From Planctomycetota bacterium (GTDB taxonomy: Bacteria > Planctomycetota > UBA1135 > UBA2386), in NCBI GenBank assembly GCA_046290465.1, contig JBKAGP010000001.1:2752001-2816000 (forward strand): a DNA stretch of 64,000 bases, written 5' to 3'. Made by a program: the position numbers and the translations under genes. The notes under the pieces are model-generated. The model was not told the DNA's origin, made no database searches, and saw only the letters and a program-made list of their open reading frames with translations. Of this stretch, positions 9,079-17,995 are shown piece after piece. Numbering within the stretch: position 1 is the first letter of the stretch; each line of letters starts with the position of its first letter.

Positions 9079-12000
9079 GGCAGCGCCCTGCCGAGCTCGG
9101 GGTCCTCGCCGTCCGCCTCGAACTCGCCGATGCGGAACACCAGGTCGCGGTAGTTGCGCACGTCGAGCACGGCCAGCGACTGCACCGCACGCAGCGCCAG
9201 CACGTCGCGCCGCACGGCCGGGCCGTGGCGGTAGACGTCGCGCAGCACGTCGATGGCGCGCTGGCGCGGCGCCTCGTCGGCCTCGAGCGCGCACCAGGCG
9301 TCGAGCACCTGGCGGCTCCGCCGATAGTCGCGCGCGTAGCCGACGCGCAGCACGTCGCGCGCGTTCTTCGGCAGCCCCTGGCCGTGGCGCTCGAGCCAGA
9401 CGTCGACCGGGTGGCGCACGAACAGGCCGCAGATGCCGCCCCAGAAGCGGTGCGGCCACGGCAGGCGTTCGTCGAGCTCGAGCAGGCTCGGCACGACCTC
9501 CTCGCGCCAGCGGTCGGCGAACAGCAGCGTGCGCGCGCCGTCCTTGTCGGCGATCCACGCACAGGTGACCGCCAGCTCGCCGGCGCGGCGCCGTTTGCGA
9601 TCGGGCGCGCCGCGGCTCGGGTCGTAGAGCGGCGGCAGGTCCGGGATCTGCGCGTGCAGACCGGCGACCTCGCGCCGCACGCGCTCGGCGTCGTCGCGCA
9701 GCTGCACGGCCTCACGTTCGCGCAGGTGCAGGAAGCGCAGGTCGCGCTCGAACTCCGGCAGCTCGACCTCGTCGGCCTCGCGGGTCCAGCCCGACGGCGC
9801 ACCCGAATAGACCGGATCGAGCAGCAGGCGCTGACGGATCGCCTCGAGCAGGCCCGGCGCCTTCATGCGGTGGATCTTGCGCAGCGCAACCGCGAACGGC
9901 GCCTCCCCGATCTCGCGCCGCTGCATCGCGAGGTCGGGATCGAGCACCTCGCGCACGATCTGGCGCACCTTGGTGACAACCCAGCCGAGCGTGCGGCAGA
10001 ACCGCCAGACCAAGAGCAGCGGCGCCAGCAGCACCCGGCCGTGCGACAGCCGCGTCTCGTAGAAGCGCAGCGGGTTGAAGCTGCGTTCGTTCTTGGGCAG
10101 GTGGTTGACCGGCCGCGTGCCGAAGATCTCGCGGATCATCGTGCGGCGGTCGAAGCGCACCGTCTCGAGCACGTCGTCGCCGAACACCGCAGCGAGGTGC
10201 CGGTCGCGTTCCTCGTCCCCGCCGAGGAAGTCCAGCGCGGTGAACTCGGTCGTCGGGTAGGCCTCGACGCGTTCGTCCTCCTTGCGGTCCTTGGTCGAAC
10301 GGCCGCCGCGCGGATCGCGGCGCCGCTGCAGCCAGTCCTGCATCTTCTGCAGCGCGGCCGGATCGGCGTACGGCTGCTGATCGACCGGGATGCAGAAGCT
10401 GTTGTAGCCGGCGATCCGCTTGGCGGCCTCGACCGCGATCGACTCGGTGATGAACCGGAACCACAGGTACGGGCCGGTGAACAGCGAGCCGTCGTCGAGC
10501 TTGAGCTTGCGCAGCTGCTTCTTCTGCGCGCGGTCCAGCGACAGGAACTCCTGCCGCAGGTTCTCGAGCGACTGGTTGGCCAGCAGCTGCTCGGTCGTCT
10601 TGACGTCGCTGATGTGCAGCGGCGCGCCGTCGAGGAAGTGCAGGTACAGCAGCGCCACGCGATTGCTCTCGAGGCAGACGTGGTGCGGCACGTCGCTGTG
10701 CAGGATCGGCACGCCGGTGCGCGCACTGTCGAGCTGGCCTTCGAGCAGCCGCCGCGCGTGCGCCCGGTTGGTCGGATCGTGGAACACCCGCTGCGTCAGG
10801 AAGTCGAGGTCCTGGTCCTCGTAGCGCGACTGCACCCGCTCGAGCTGCGAGATGAAGTGCGCCTCGCTGGTCAGCCGGTAGTTGTCCGACGCCTGGCCGG
10901 CCAGCCGCTTCATCCAGTGGCCGAGCAGCAGGAATACGAGACAGACGCTGCCGAGCAGGACCAGCGGCAAGCCGACGATCTTGTTGAGGAACGCGCCGAC
11001 GGCGGTATCGCGCAGCAGCTGGTTGAACAGCAGGAACAAGCCGCCGAACAGCAGCATGCGCACCGCCGGCCGCTGGCTGGCCTTGACCATCGCGGTCGCG
11101 ACGCGGTCGAGGATCTGCGGGCCGGTGACGATGCCGTGCAGGTCCGCGAAGAACAGCATCCGGCTGTGCCAGGAGTCGAGCCAGTCGGCGGTCCGGCGCG
11201 CCAGCTCGACGATGCGCTCTTCGGCGCTCGGCGGCAGCGGATGCACGGCGAGCTTGCCGATCAGCGGCAGCCAGCGCACCGGCACCGCCGAGATCACGCG
11301 CACGACCCGGTCGAGCGCCTGGATGTCGCCGGGCTTGAGGTAGCGGCCGAGGTCCTGCGTGCGCAGCGACCACAAGAACTCGATCGCGTCGCCGATCGCC
11401 ACGTCGCGCACCGCCGCGTGGCTGGTCGTGACGGTGAACGCGTGGCCCGGCAGCTCGTCGAGCGCCGACCGCGAGTGCTGCACCCGCTCGTGCAGCATCG
11501 CGCGCCGTTCGTCCTGCGGCAGCAGCTCGATCAGCTGGTGCTCGCGATGCATCGACGCGAACACCACCTCGCGCAGGTCGTCCTCGTGCGGCGTGCGTTC
11601 GACCTCGGCGGCGGCCGGCACGAACACGAACTCGCGGTTGAGGATCTGCGAGAAGCGCGTCGCCAGGCCGTCGAGACCGCGCACCAGGAACAGCAGCAGC
11701 CGCGCCGAGCGCAGCAGCGGCCGCAGCGCCTGCACGTAGCGCGCCGCCCAGGTCACGCGCAGCAACCGCAGCATGCGCAGCAGCAGCAGGTTGTCGCTGG
11801 CGCCGTGCACCGGGGCCGTCGGCAGCAGGAACAGCACCGACGGGATCGCCGGCACCAGGTCGGTCAGCGCATTGCGCCAGAACCAGCTCAGCCGCGAAGG
11901 GTGCAGGATCAGTTCGAAGACGAAGTCGGCGACGAAGAACAGGCAGGCGACCGCGTCGATCCACTGGAACACGTACAGCTGCCCGTCGGTCAGGTCGACG

Positions 12001-12695
12001 GCGTGCTCGATCAGCAGCGTGAGCAGCACCACCAGCAACAGCACGAAGTTGGTGGTCTCGAGGATCGCGACGCCGCGGCGGCCGAGCCGCTTCTCCAGCC
12101 GCCGGGCCAGCTCGCGGTCGTCGGCGGCGCGCAGCAGGCGCCGCCCGAAGCGCCGGCAGCGGCGCGAACGGGTGCGATCGGCGAGGCGGTGCAGCAGCCG
12201 GCCAGTGCAGCGCAGCAGTTCGATCTGCTGCTCGATCGGGACCTCCTCGACCGCCGAGGTCAGCAGCGCGAACCGTTCGCCGACCTCGCTGCCGACCTCG
12301 TCCCCGGGCTCGATCGCCTCGATGCCGTCGGCCATCGCCTGCTCGCACTGCCGCCGCAGCTCGGGCTCGTCGGCCGCGATCGCCATCGCCTGCGCCTCGG
12401 CGAGGTCGAGCAGCACCGCGACTTCGGGCTCGGCCGTCGAGAGGTAGCGGACGCGCATCGCGAGCCAGGCGCGGCGCACGTCGAGCAGGTCCTCACGCAG
12501 CTGCGGCGAGCGCGTGCCGTGGAAGCCCTCCAGCCAGCGCTGCTCGAACCCGAGCAGCTCGGCCTGCAGCGAACCGCGCGCCAACCGCCGACGCTCCTCG
12601 GCCAGTTCGCGGGCGGCGGCGGCCGGTTCCTGCGGCGTCTCGTGCAGCAGCGCGCGCAGGCGGCTCGGATCGTTGGCTTCTTCGGTCGACGTCAT
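9075..12695 (-). CDS. Large protein with an Ion_trans-like voltage-sensor (S1-S4) domain
   Basis: S2 IDAVACLFFVADF, S3 FWRNALTDLVPAIP, S4 LRMLRLLRV..ARY..ALRPLLRSAR; large soluble regions of unrecognised fold. Confidence 0.75.
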   Translation of the reverse strand: MTSTEEANDPSRLRALLHETPQEPAAAARELAEERRRLARGSLQAELLGFEQRWLEGFHGTRSPQLREDLLDVRRAWLAMRVRYLSTAEPEVAVLLDLAEAQAMAIAADEPELRRQCEQAMADGIEAIEPGDEVGSEVGERFALLTSAVEEVPIEQQIELLRCTGRLLHRLADRTRSRRCRRFGRRLLRAADDRELARRLEKRLGRRGVAILETTNFVLLLVVLLTLLIEHAVDLTDGQLYVFQWIDAVACLFFVADFVFELILHPSRLSWFWRNALTDLVPAIPSVLFLLPTAPVHGASDNLLLLRMLRLLRVTWAARYVQALRPLLRSARLLLFLVRGLDGLATRFSQILNREFVFVPAAAEVERTPHEDDLREVVFASMHREHQLIELLPQDERRAMLHERVQHSRSALDELPGHAFTVTTSHAAVRDVAIGDAIEFLWSLRTQDLGRYLKPGDIQALDRVVRVISAVPVRWLPLIGKLAVHPLPPSAEERIVELARRTADWLDSWHSRMLFFADLHGIVTGPQILDRVATAMVKASQRPAVRMLLFGGLFLLFNQLLRDTAVGAFLNKIVGLPLVLLGSVCLVFLLLGHWMKRLAGQASDNYRLTSEAHFISQLERVQSRYEDQDLDFLTQRVFHDPTNRAHARRLLEGQLDSARTGVPILHSDVPHHVCLESNRVALLYLHFLDGAPLHISDVKTTEQLLANQSLENLRQEFLSLDRAQKKQLRKLKLDDGSLFTGPYLWFRFITESIAVEAAKRIAGYNSFCIPVDQQPYADPAALQKMQDWLQRRRDPRGGRSTKDRKEDERVEAYPTTEFTALDFLGGDEERDRHLAAVFGDDVLETVRFDRRTMIREIFGTRPVNHLPKNERSFNPLRFYETRLSHGRVLLAPLLLVWRFCRTLGWVVTKVRQIVREVLDPDLAMQRREIGEAPFAVALRKIHRMKAPGLLEAIRQRLLLDPVYSGAPSGWTREADEVELPEFERDLRFLHLREREAVQLRDDAERVRREVAGLHAQIPDLPPLYDPSRGAPDRKRRRAGELAVTCAWIADKDGARTLLFADRWREEVVPSLLELDERLPWPHRFWGGICGLFVRHPVDVWLERHGQGLPKNARDVLRVGYARDYRRSRQVLDAWCALEADEAPRQRAIDVLRDVYRHGPAVRRDVLALRAVQSLAVLDVRNYRDLVFRIGEFEADGEDPELGRALP

Positions 12696-12757
12696 TCGGC
12701 CCGCTGCGGACTGCGCGGGATTGTAGGAACGCGTCGTCCGTCGTCACGGGCCGTCTG

Positions 12758-13696
12758 TCACCACGGCCGGGAATAGTCGACCGACCCGGGCTCGGCCGCG
12801 CCGAGGTACTCGACGACCAGGTGACGGCGGCCGGTGCCGACGACCAGCAGATCCGCTTCGAGGCTCGTCACCAGCCCGCTCGCCTCGTCGACGAGCAGCT
12901 CCAGCGAACGGACCTTGAGCAGCCCGCGGCGCAGCCGGCGCTTCGCCTCGATGCGCAGCTGCGGGTTGCCGTTCTGGTCGGTGGTGCGACCGACGGTGCG
13001 CAGCCGGAAGTCGCCCGGCAGCCGCGCCACCAGCGCGTGCACGTCGAGGTAGCCGACGTCGAGGCCGACCTCGAGCAGCGGGCCGAGCCCCTGCAGCAGC
13101 CGTTCTCGATCCGCGAGCGGGCCCGAGCGGCGGGTGCGGCCGTCGGCCGCGGCGAACCAGAGGGTCTCGCCGTCGCTGCCGATGCGCCCCTCGGCGACCT
13201 TGACACCTGCGAACGCGAAGCGGCCTTCGACCAGGAATCGCATGCCCGGCCGCGTGACCACGTCGAAGTCGTGCCGCACCCGTTCGGCACGCAGCCGCCC
13301 CGGAACGGTCAGGCGGACGTGGAAGCGACGGTCGACCTGCCGCCCCATCTCGTCGGCGGCGCGCTCGATCGCGGCCTCGGCGGTCGGCAGCGACGGCGGC
13401 AGCGCCAGCCACACCCCGACCGTCGCCAGCACCAGCGCCGCCGCGGCCACCGCGAACCAGTGGCGACGCTGGCCGCGCGACGAATCGGCGTCGATGCTGG
13501 CCAGGATCGACGCGACGCGGTCCTCGCGCGAGGCGGCGTCGGCGGTGTGCAGCGCGCGCAGCAGTCCGTGCATGGTGCGCTGCTCGGCGAGCCAGTCGCG
13601 TGCCTCGTCGGGAACGTCCGCCGGCGCCGGGCCGTCGGCGAGCGTGTCGTCGAGGTCCGGGAAGCCGTCGTCGTCGTGCTTGCCTGGGTCGCTCAT
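12758..13696 (-). CDS. Putative anti-sigma factor (single TM plus LolA-like extracytoplasmic domain)
   Basis: ATGA overlap with the sigma gene; short N-terminal region, one TM (WFAVAAAALVLATVGVWL), beta-rich C-terminus. Confidence 0.6.
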   Translation of the reverse strand: MSDPGKHDDDGFPDLDDTLADGPAPADVPDEARDWLAEQRTMHGLLRALHTADAASREDRVASILASIDADSSRGQRRHWFAVAAAALVLATVGVWLALPPSLPTAEAAIERAADEMGRQVDRRFHVRLTVPGRLRAERVRHDFDVVTRPGMRFLVEGRFAFAGVKVAEGRIGSDGETLWFAAADGRTRRSGPLADRERLLQGLGPLLEVGLDVGYLDVHALVARLPGDFRLRTVGRTTDQNGNPQLRIEAKRRLRRGLLKVRSLELLVDEASGLVTSLEADLLVVGTGRRHLVVEYLGAAEPGSVDYSRPW

Positions 13697-14226
13697 GCGG
13701 CACCTCCGGCGGGCAGCTTCGAACGCAGGCAGCGGTGCAGCTGCGCGCGCCCGCGCTGCAGGTGCTTCTTGACCGCTTCGAAGCCGATGCCGAGCCGTTC
13801 GGCGATCTCCTTGCAGTGCAGGCCGTGCTCGTAGTGCAGCTGGATCGACTCGCGCTGCGGCCCGGTCAGGCGCTCGAGGCAGCCGCGCAGCGCGTCGAGC
13901 TTCTCGTCGAAGGTGTCGCCGGCGAGCCGCTGGAAGCCGTCGAGCCGGTCGTCGATCCGGGTCAGCAATTCGTCGTCGCAGTAGTGCACCTTGCTCCTGC
14001 CGAGCTTGCGCCGGTGGTTGAGCACCAGCTTGGCGGCGATGCCGCGCACCCACGGCCCGAACGGCAGCTGCCGGTCGTAGCGATCGAGGATCTTCCAGGC
14101 GACCAGGAACGTCTCCTGCAGCACGTCCTCGACCGCGACCGGATCGCGCAGCGACGACAGCAGGAACGCGCGCACCGAGTCCAGGTGCTCACGGGTCAGG
14201 ATCTCGAACAGGTCGCGGGAGTCCAC
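13693..14226 (-). CDS. ECF RNA polymerase sigma factor
   Basis: Region 2 EDVLQETFLVAW..F.PWVRGIA; region 4 EIAERLG..AVKKHLQRGR. Confidence 0.92.
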   Translation of the reverse strand: MDSRDLFEILTREHLDSVRAFLLSSLRDPVAVEDVLQETFLVAWKILDRYDRQLPFGPWVRGIAAKLVLNHRRKLGRSKVHYCDDELLTRIDDRLDGFQRLAGDTFDEKLDALRGCLERLTGPQRESIQLHYEHGLHCKEIAERLGIGFEAVKKHLQRGRAQLHRCLRSKLPAGGAA

Positions 14227-14316
14227 GATGGGACCATTGTCGGAACCCGCCGGGGCCGGGACAGCGCAGGCCGGCCTTTTTCCGCCCGCGGCGCCGCGGC
14301 TACGCTCGCAAGGGCC

Positions 14317-15402
14317 ATGCGCACCGCTGCCTACGTCTGCTCCGGCTGGCACCCGATCCCCGAACGGGACCGTTCGTTCCACCCTGGCTTCACCGAATGG
14401 GAGCTGGTGCGGGCCTGCCGGCCGCGATTCGACGGCCACGCCCAACCGAAGGTGCCGCTGCTCGGCGAGTATGACGACCGCGACCCGGCCGAGTTCGGCC
14501 GCCGCGTGCTGCTGGCGCGCGAGCACGGCGTCGACGCGTTCGTGTTCGGGGTGTTCTGGTGCCGCGGCAAGCGGGTGTTCGAGCAGGGCCTCGACGTCGG
14601 CTTCCTCGGCGGACCGGCCGGCCGCGAGGTGCCGTTCGCGTGCATGTGGGCCAACCGCATGCCGCGCCGCGTGCTGCCGGTCCGGCGCGCCGAGGCGCCG
14701 GTGCTCGATCCATCTCGCGAGGTGCCGTCCGACGTCGACGACTTCGTGCGATTCGTCGCGATGCTGGCCGAGCGCTACTTCGTGCGCGACCACTACGTGA
14801 CGGTCGGTGGCCGCAGCTACCTGTCGATCTTCGACTCGACGTTCTTCGTGCAGGAGCTCGGCCTCGACGGCGCCAAGGCCGCGATCCGCGCGGCGCGCGC
14901 GTGGCTGCGAGAGCACGGCCACCGCGACCTGCACCTGGCGGCGATCGAACCCAACCCCGACGTGATCGGCTCGGTGCGCGAGCTGGGCTTCGACAGCGTC
15001 ACCCACTACGTGTTCCTGCCGGACTGGAAGGGGCGGTTCGAGCAGGACTACCGCGAGTACGCCGAGCTGCGCGCGACCCAGTGGCACACGTTCGCGGAGC
15101 GGTCGGGGCTGCCGTACATGCCCTCGGTCGCTCCCGGATGGGACGCGAGCCCGCGCGGCGCCGACTTCGGCGAGACGCGCCCGGACAAGTACCCGTGGTC
15201 GCCGGTCGTGACGGGCGAGCACCCGGAGCTGTTCGAGGCTGCACTCCGGCGCGCCCGCGCATTCCGTTCGCCGGTCGGCTGCGACGATCCGCTGCTGATG
15301 ATCGCGTCGCTCAACGAATGGAGCGAAGGCCACTATCTGGAGCCCGACGAGCGCTTCGGCCACGGCTGGCTCGAGGCGGTGCGCTCGGCGACGCGCCCCT
15401 AG
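14317..15402 (+). CDS. Glycoside hydrolase family 99-like / WbsX-type protein
   Basis: FTEW..V....PRFDGH.QP..PLLG.YD, LAREHGVDAF, F..MWAN, GWDASPR and NEWSEGHYLEPD motifs. Confidence 0.88.
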   Translation: MRTAAYVCSGWHPIPERDRSFHPGFTEWELVRACRPRFDGHAQPKVPLLGEYDDRDPAEFGRRVLLAREHGVDAFVFGVFWCRGKRVFEQGLDVGFLGGPAGREVPFACMWANRMPRRVLPVRRAEAPVLDPSREVPSDVDDFVRFVAMLAERYFVRDHYVTVGGRSYLSIFDSTFFVQELGLDGAKAAIRAARAWLREHGHRDLHLAAIEPNPDVIGSVRELGFDSVTHYVFLPDWKGRFEQDYREYAELRATQWHTFAERSGLPYMPSVAPGWDASPRGADFGETRPDKYPWSPVVTGEHPELFEAALRRARAFRSPVGCDDPLLMIASLNEWSEGHYLEPDERFGHGWLEAVRSATRP

Positions 15403-15466
15403 AGGGACCCGCGGTCGAAGCGACGGGATCGATGGCATCGACGAGGCCGTGGCCTATCCTGGTCGC

Positions 15467-15904
15467 ATGCTCGATACAGGCTCCCCGGCACCGGACTTCT
15501 CGGTGCTCGACGACGAAGGCAACACGCGCACGCTCGGTGAGTTCGCCGGCAAGACGCTCGTGCTGTGGTTCTACCCGAAGGCCGACACCCCCGGCTGAAC
15601 GATCGAAGGCAAGGGCTTCCGTGATCTGAAGCCCCAATTCGACGCCAAGAACGCGGTGATCTGCGGCGTCTCGTTCGACTCCGTCGAGGCGAACCACGCG
15701 TTCCGCGAGAAGTTCGACTTTCCCTACGCGCTGCTGTGCGACACCGACAAGCAGCTCGGCATCGCGTGCGGCGCGGCTGACGACGCGAGCGCGGGCTACC
15801 CCAAGCGCATCTCGATCGTGATCGGCCCCGACGGCAAGGTCGCGCAGGTCTACGGCGAGGTGAAGCCGGCCGAGCACCCGCAACAGGTGCTCGACGCGCT
15901 GTAG
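15467..15904 (+). CDS. bcp: BCP/PrxQ peroxiredoxin, selenocysteine-containing (TGA at 15596-15598 read as Sec)
   Basis: MLDTGSPAPDFSVLDDEGNTRTLGEFAGKTLVLWFYPKADTPG-TGA-TIEGKGFRD continues in frame into the 15656..15904 ORF; TGA occupies the PxxxTxxC catalytic position. Confidence 0.9.
15613..15634 (+). promoter_or_regulatory. Candidate bacterial SECIS hairpin
   Basis: GGGCTTC-CGTGATCT-GAAGCCC stem-loop starting 14 nt after the in-frame TGA. Confidence 0.7.
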
Positions 15905-15907
15905 CGA

Positions 15908-17185
15908 TCAGGCGCCGTCCTGCTGGCCGCCATCCTGCTGGCCACCGTCTTCCTGGGGGCCATCCGGCCCCCAGGGATTGGTCGCCCGGCGGCCGCCGCC
16001 GTGGCGCACCGCGCCTTCGCCGTGGCGGTCGCGGATCGCGTCCATCGCCTGCAGCAGCTTGCTGCGCTGCTCGCTCCGTTCGGCCTGCGGCTGTTCTTCG
16101 GCGACCGCGAACAGCGAGCCCTGCACCGGCTTCGGCGCCGCCGCTTCCTCGGCGTCGACCAGGTCGGCCCCGGTCACGCCCAGCAGCCGGATCGGCCTGC
16201 GGCCGTCCCAGACCGTATCGAGCAGCTCACCGGCGACGCGGAACAGCTCGAGATCGTCGTCGGTCGGCGCCCCCTTGCGCTGCCGCTGCGAGGTCTCGAA
16301 CGGCGGGTGCCGCAGCTTGAGCCGCACGACGCTCGCGCGCTGGCCGGCGCGGCGCAGGCGGCGGCCGACCATCTCGGCGAGCTGCAGCAGCACCTCGCGC
16401 ACCTCGTCGCGGCCGGCCAGGTCCTCGGCGAACGTCATCTCGTGGCCGATCGACCTGGCGGCGCGGTCGCGCACCACCCGCCGTTCGTCCAGCCCGTTCG
16501 CGAGCACGAACAGGTGCGCCCCGAGCTTGTCGCCGAAGCCGTCGACGAGCTGCTGGCGCGAACGGGACTGCACGTCGCGGATCGAGCGCAGGCCGGCCCG
16601 CTCCAGCAGCGCGCGCGTCGCCGGCCCGACGCCCCAAAGGCGCGACAGCGGCAGGTCCGCCAGGAACGCCTTCTCGGTGCCCGGTTCGACCACGACCAGC
16701 CCGTCCGGCTTGTCCAGGTCGCTGGCGACCTTGGCGACGTACTTCGACGTGGCCACGCCGACCGACACCCGCAGCCGGGTCCGTTCGAACACCTCGCGCT
16801 TGATGCGCTCGGCGATCGCCCGGCCGTCGCCGAACAGCGCGCGGCTGCCGGTCACGTCGAGGAACGCCTCGTCGAGCGACAGCGGTTCGACGTCGTCGGT
16901 GAACGTGTCGAACACCTCGTGGATCTGCTCGGAGATGCGCGCGTAGTGCGCCATGCGCGGCTCGACGAAGATGCCGTCCGGACACAGCTGCCTGGCGCGC
17001 TTGCCCGGCATCGCCGAATGCACCCCGAACTTGCGCGCCTCGTAGCTGGCCGTGCTGACCACCTGCCGCGCGCCGTAGCCACCGATGATCACCGGCCGGC
17101 CGCGCAATTCCGGTCGGTCCCGCTGCTCGACGGCCGCGTAGAACGCGTCCATGTCGGCGTGCAGGATCGTGCGCGGAGCGGTCAC
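15908..17185 (-). CDS. dinB: DNA polymerase IV
   Basis: ILHADMDAFYAAVEQ, SYEARKFGVHSAM, SLDEAFLD and AKVASDLDKPDG motifs. Confidence 0.96.
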   Translation of the reverse strand: MTAPRTILHADMDAFYAAVEQRDRPELRGRPVIIGGYGARQVVSTASYEARKFGVHSAMPGKRARQLCPDGIFVEPRMAHYARISEQIHEVFDTFTDDVEPLSLDEAFLDVTGSRALFGDGRAIAERIKREVFERTRLRVSVGVATSKYVAKVASDLDKPDGLVVVEPGTEKAFLADLPLSRLWGVGPATRALLERAGLRSIRDVQSRSRQQLVDGFGDKLGAHLFVLANGLDERRVVRDRAARSIGHEMTFAEDLAGRDEVREVLLQLAEMVGRRLRRAGQRASVVRLKLRHPPFETSQRQRKGAPTDDDLELFRVAGELLDTVWDGRRPIRLLGVTGADLVDAEEAAAPKPVQGSLFAVAEEQPQAERSEQRSKLLQAMDAIRDRHGEGAVRHGGGRRATNPWGPDGPQEDGGQQDGGQQDGA

Positions 17186-17428
17186 GCCCGCATCTTAGCC
17201 GCGGCCGCGCCCCGCACCCGGCGGAAGAAGCGGTGTCGCCGTCGCCGGCCGATGTCAACGCTACCAGCGACGACCGGCGACGGCACACCTGGGCAGGGCG
17301 ACCCAAGGGGGATGAAGCCGCCACGCCTCCGCGGGACCCCCGCCGCACGGTTTTCGGTACCGACTTCCGGCTCCGCTGGGTCCCATGTGGCGGAAACGAC
17401 GCCGCCTGGATAACCTTCTCCGCCCCAT

Positions 17429-17881
17429 ATGTTCGAGGACTTCGACCCCAAGACCGTCCTGGCCACCGAGAAGGCCAAAGCGCTGGCCGAGCAGCTGGAA
17501 GACGAGTCGGTTGCGACCGGGCACCTGATCTACGGCCTGACCGTCGACCAGAGCGTCTGCCTGCACCACATCTTCCTCGACCTCAACGTCGACCCGGACA
17601 TGTTCTCGGGCTACGTCGACAGCCTGCCGCGCGAACCCGAGGTGCCGAACGGCCCGTGGAACCGCCACTGCATGACCGTGTTCGAACGCGCTCGCGACGC
17701 GGCGCAGGAACTCGGCAGCAAGATCGTGCGCCCCGAGCACATGGCGCTCGCGGTGCTGTCGATCAAGGCGGGCAGCTGCTACGAGACCCTCAAGGAGTTC
17801 TCGATCGATCCGGGCTACGTGCAGCAGCTGATCATGCAGGCCATGGGCATGGACCCCGAGCAGGTCCCCGAGTGGTTCTGA
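17429..17881 (+). CDS. Stand-alone Clp protease N-terminal (Clp repeat) domain protein
   Basis: Two Clp_N-like repeats (AKALAEQL...VATGHLIYGL; ARDAAQELGSKIVRPEHMALAVL); no ATPase domain. Confidence 0.8.
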   Translation: MFEDFDPKTVLATEKAKALAEQLEDESVATGHLIYGLTVDQSVCLHHIFLDLNVDPDMFSGYVDSLPREPEVPNGPWNRHCMTVFERARDAAQELGSKIVRPEHMALAVLSIKAGSCYETLKEFSIDPGYVQQLIMQAMGMDPEQVPEWF

Positions 17882-17995
17882 TCGCGTAGTCGCGGGCAGA
17901 CGTTCGCCCGCGGCGCGCACGCTCGCGACCGGTTCGGCATCTCTCGTACACGATACGGCGGCCGCGGGGTCGCATAGCATCGGAGGTCCCAACCG

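Noticed and set aside
8997..12776. Very long alternative-frame and antisense ORFs here and throughout (e.g. 29..2293, 17261..20353, 29050..31959, 38836..41949, 59104..62253)
   Set aside because: Arg/Ala/Pro-rich shadow ORFs expected from stop-codon scarcity in high-GC DNA; each overlaps a gene with clear family motifs.
15596..15598. Treating bcp as a nonsense pseudogene
   Set aside because: The stop falls precisely on the catalytic Cys, both halves are intact and a SECIS-like hairpin follows; Sec recoding is the simpler explanation.
15911..15955. QEDGGQQDGGQQDGA repeat at the DinB C-terminus
   Set aside because: Short 15-bp slippage repeat in a disordered tail with no sign of function.
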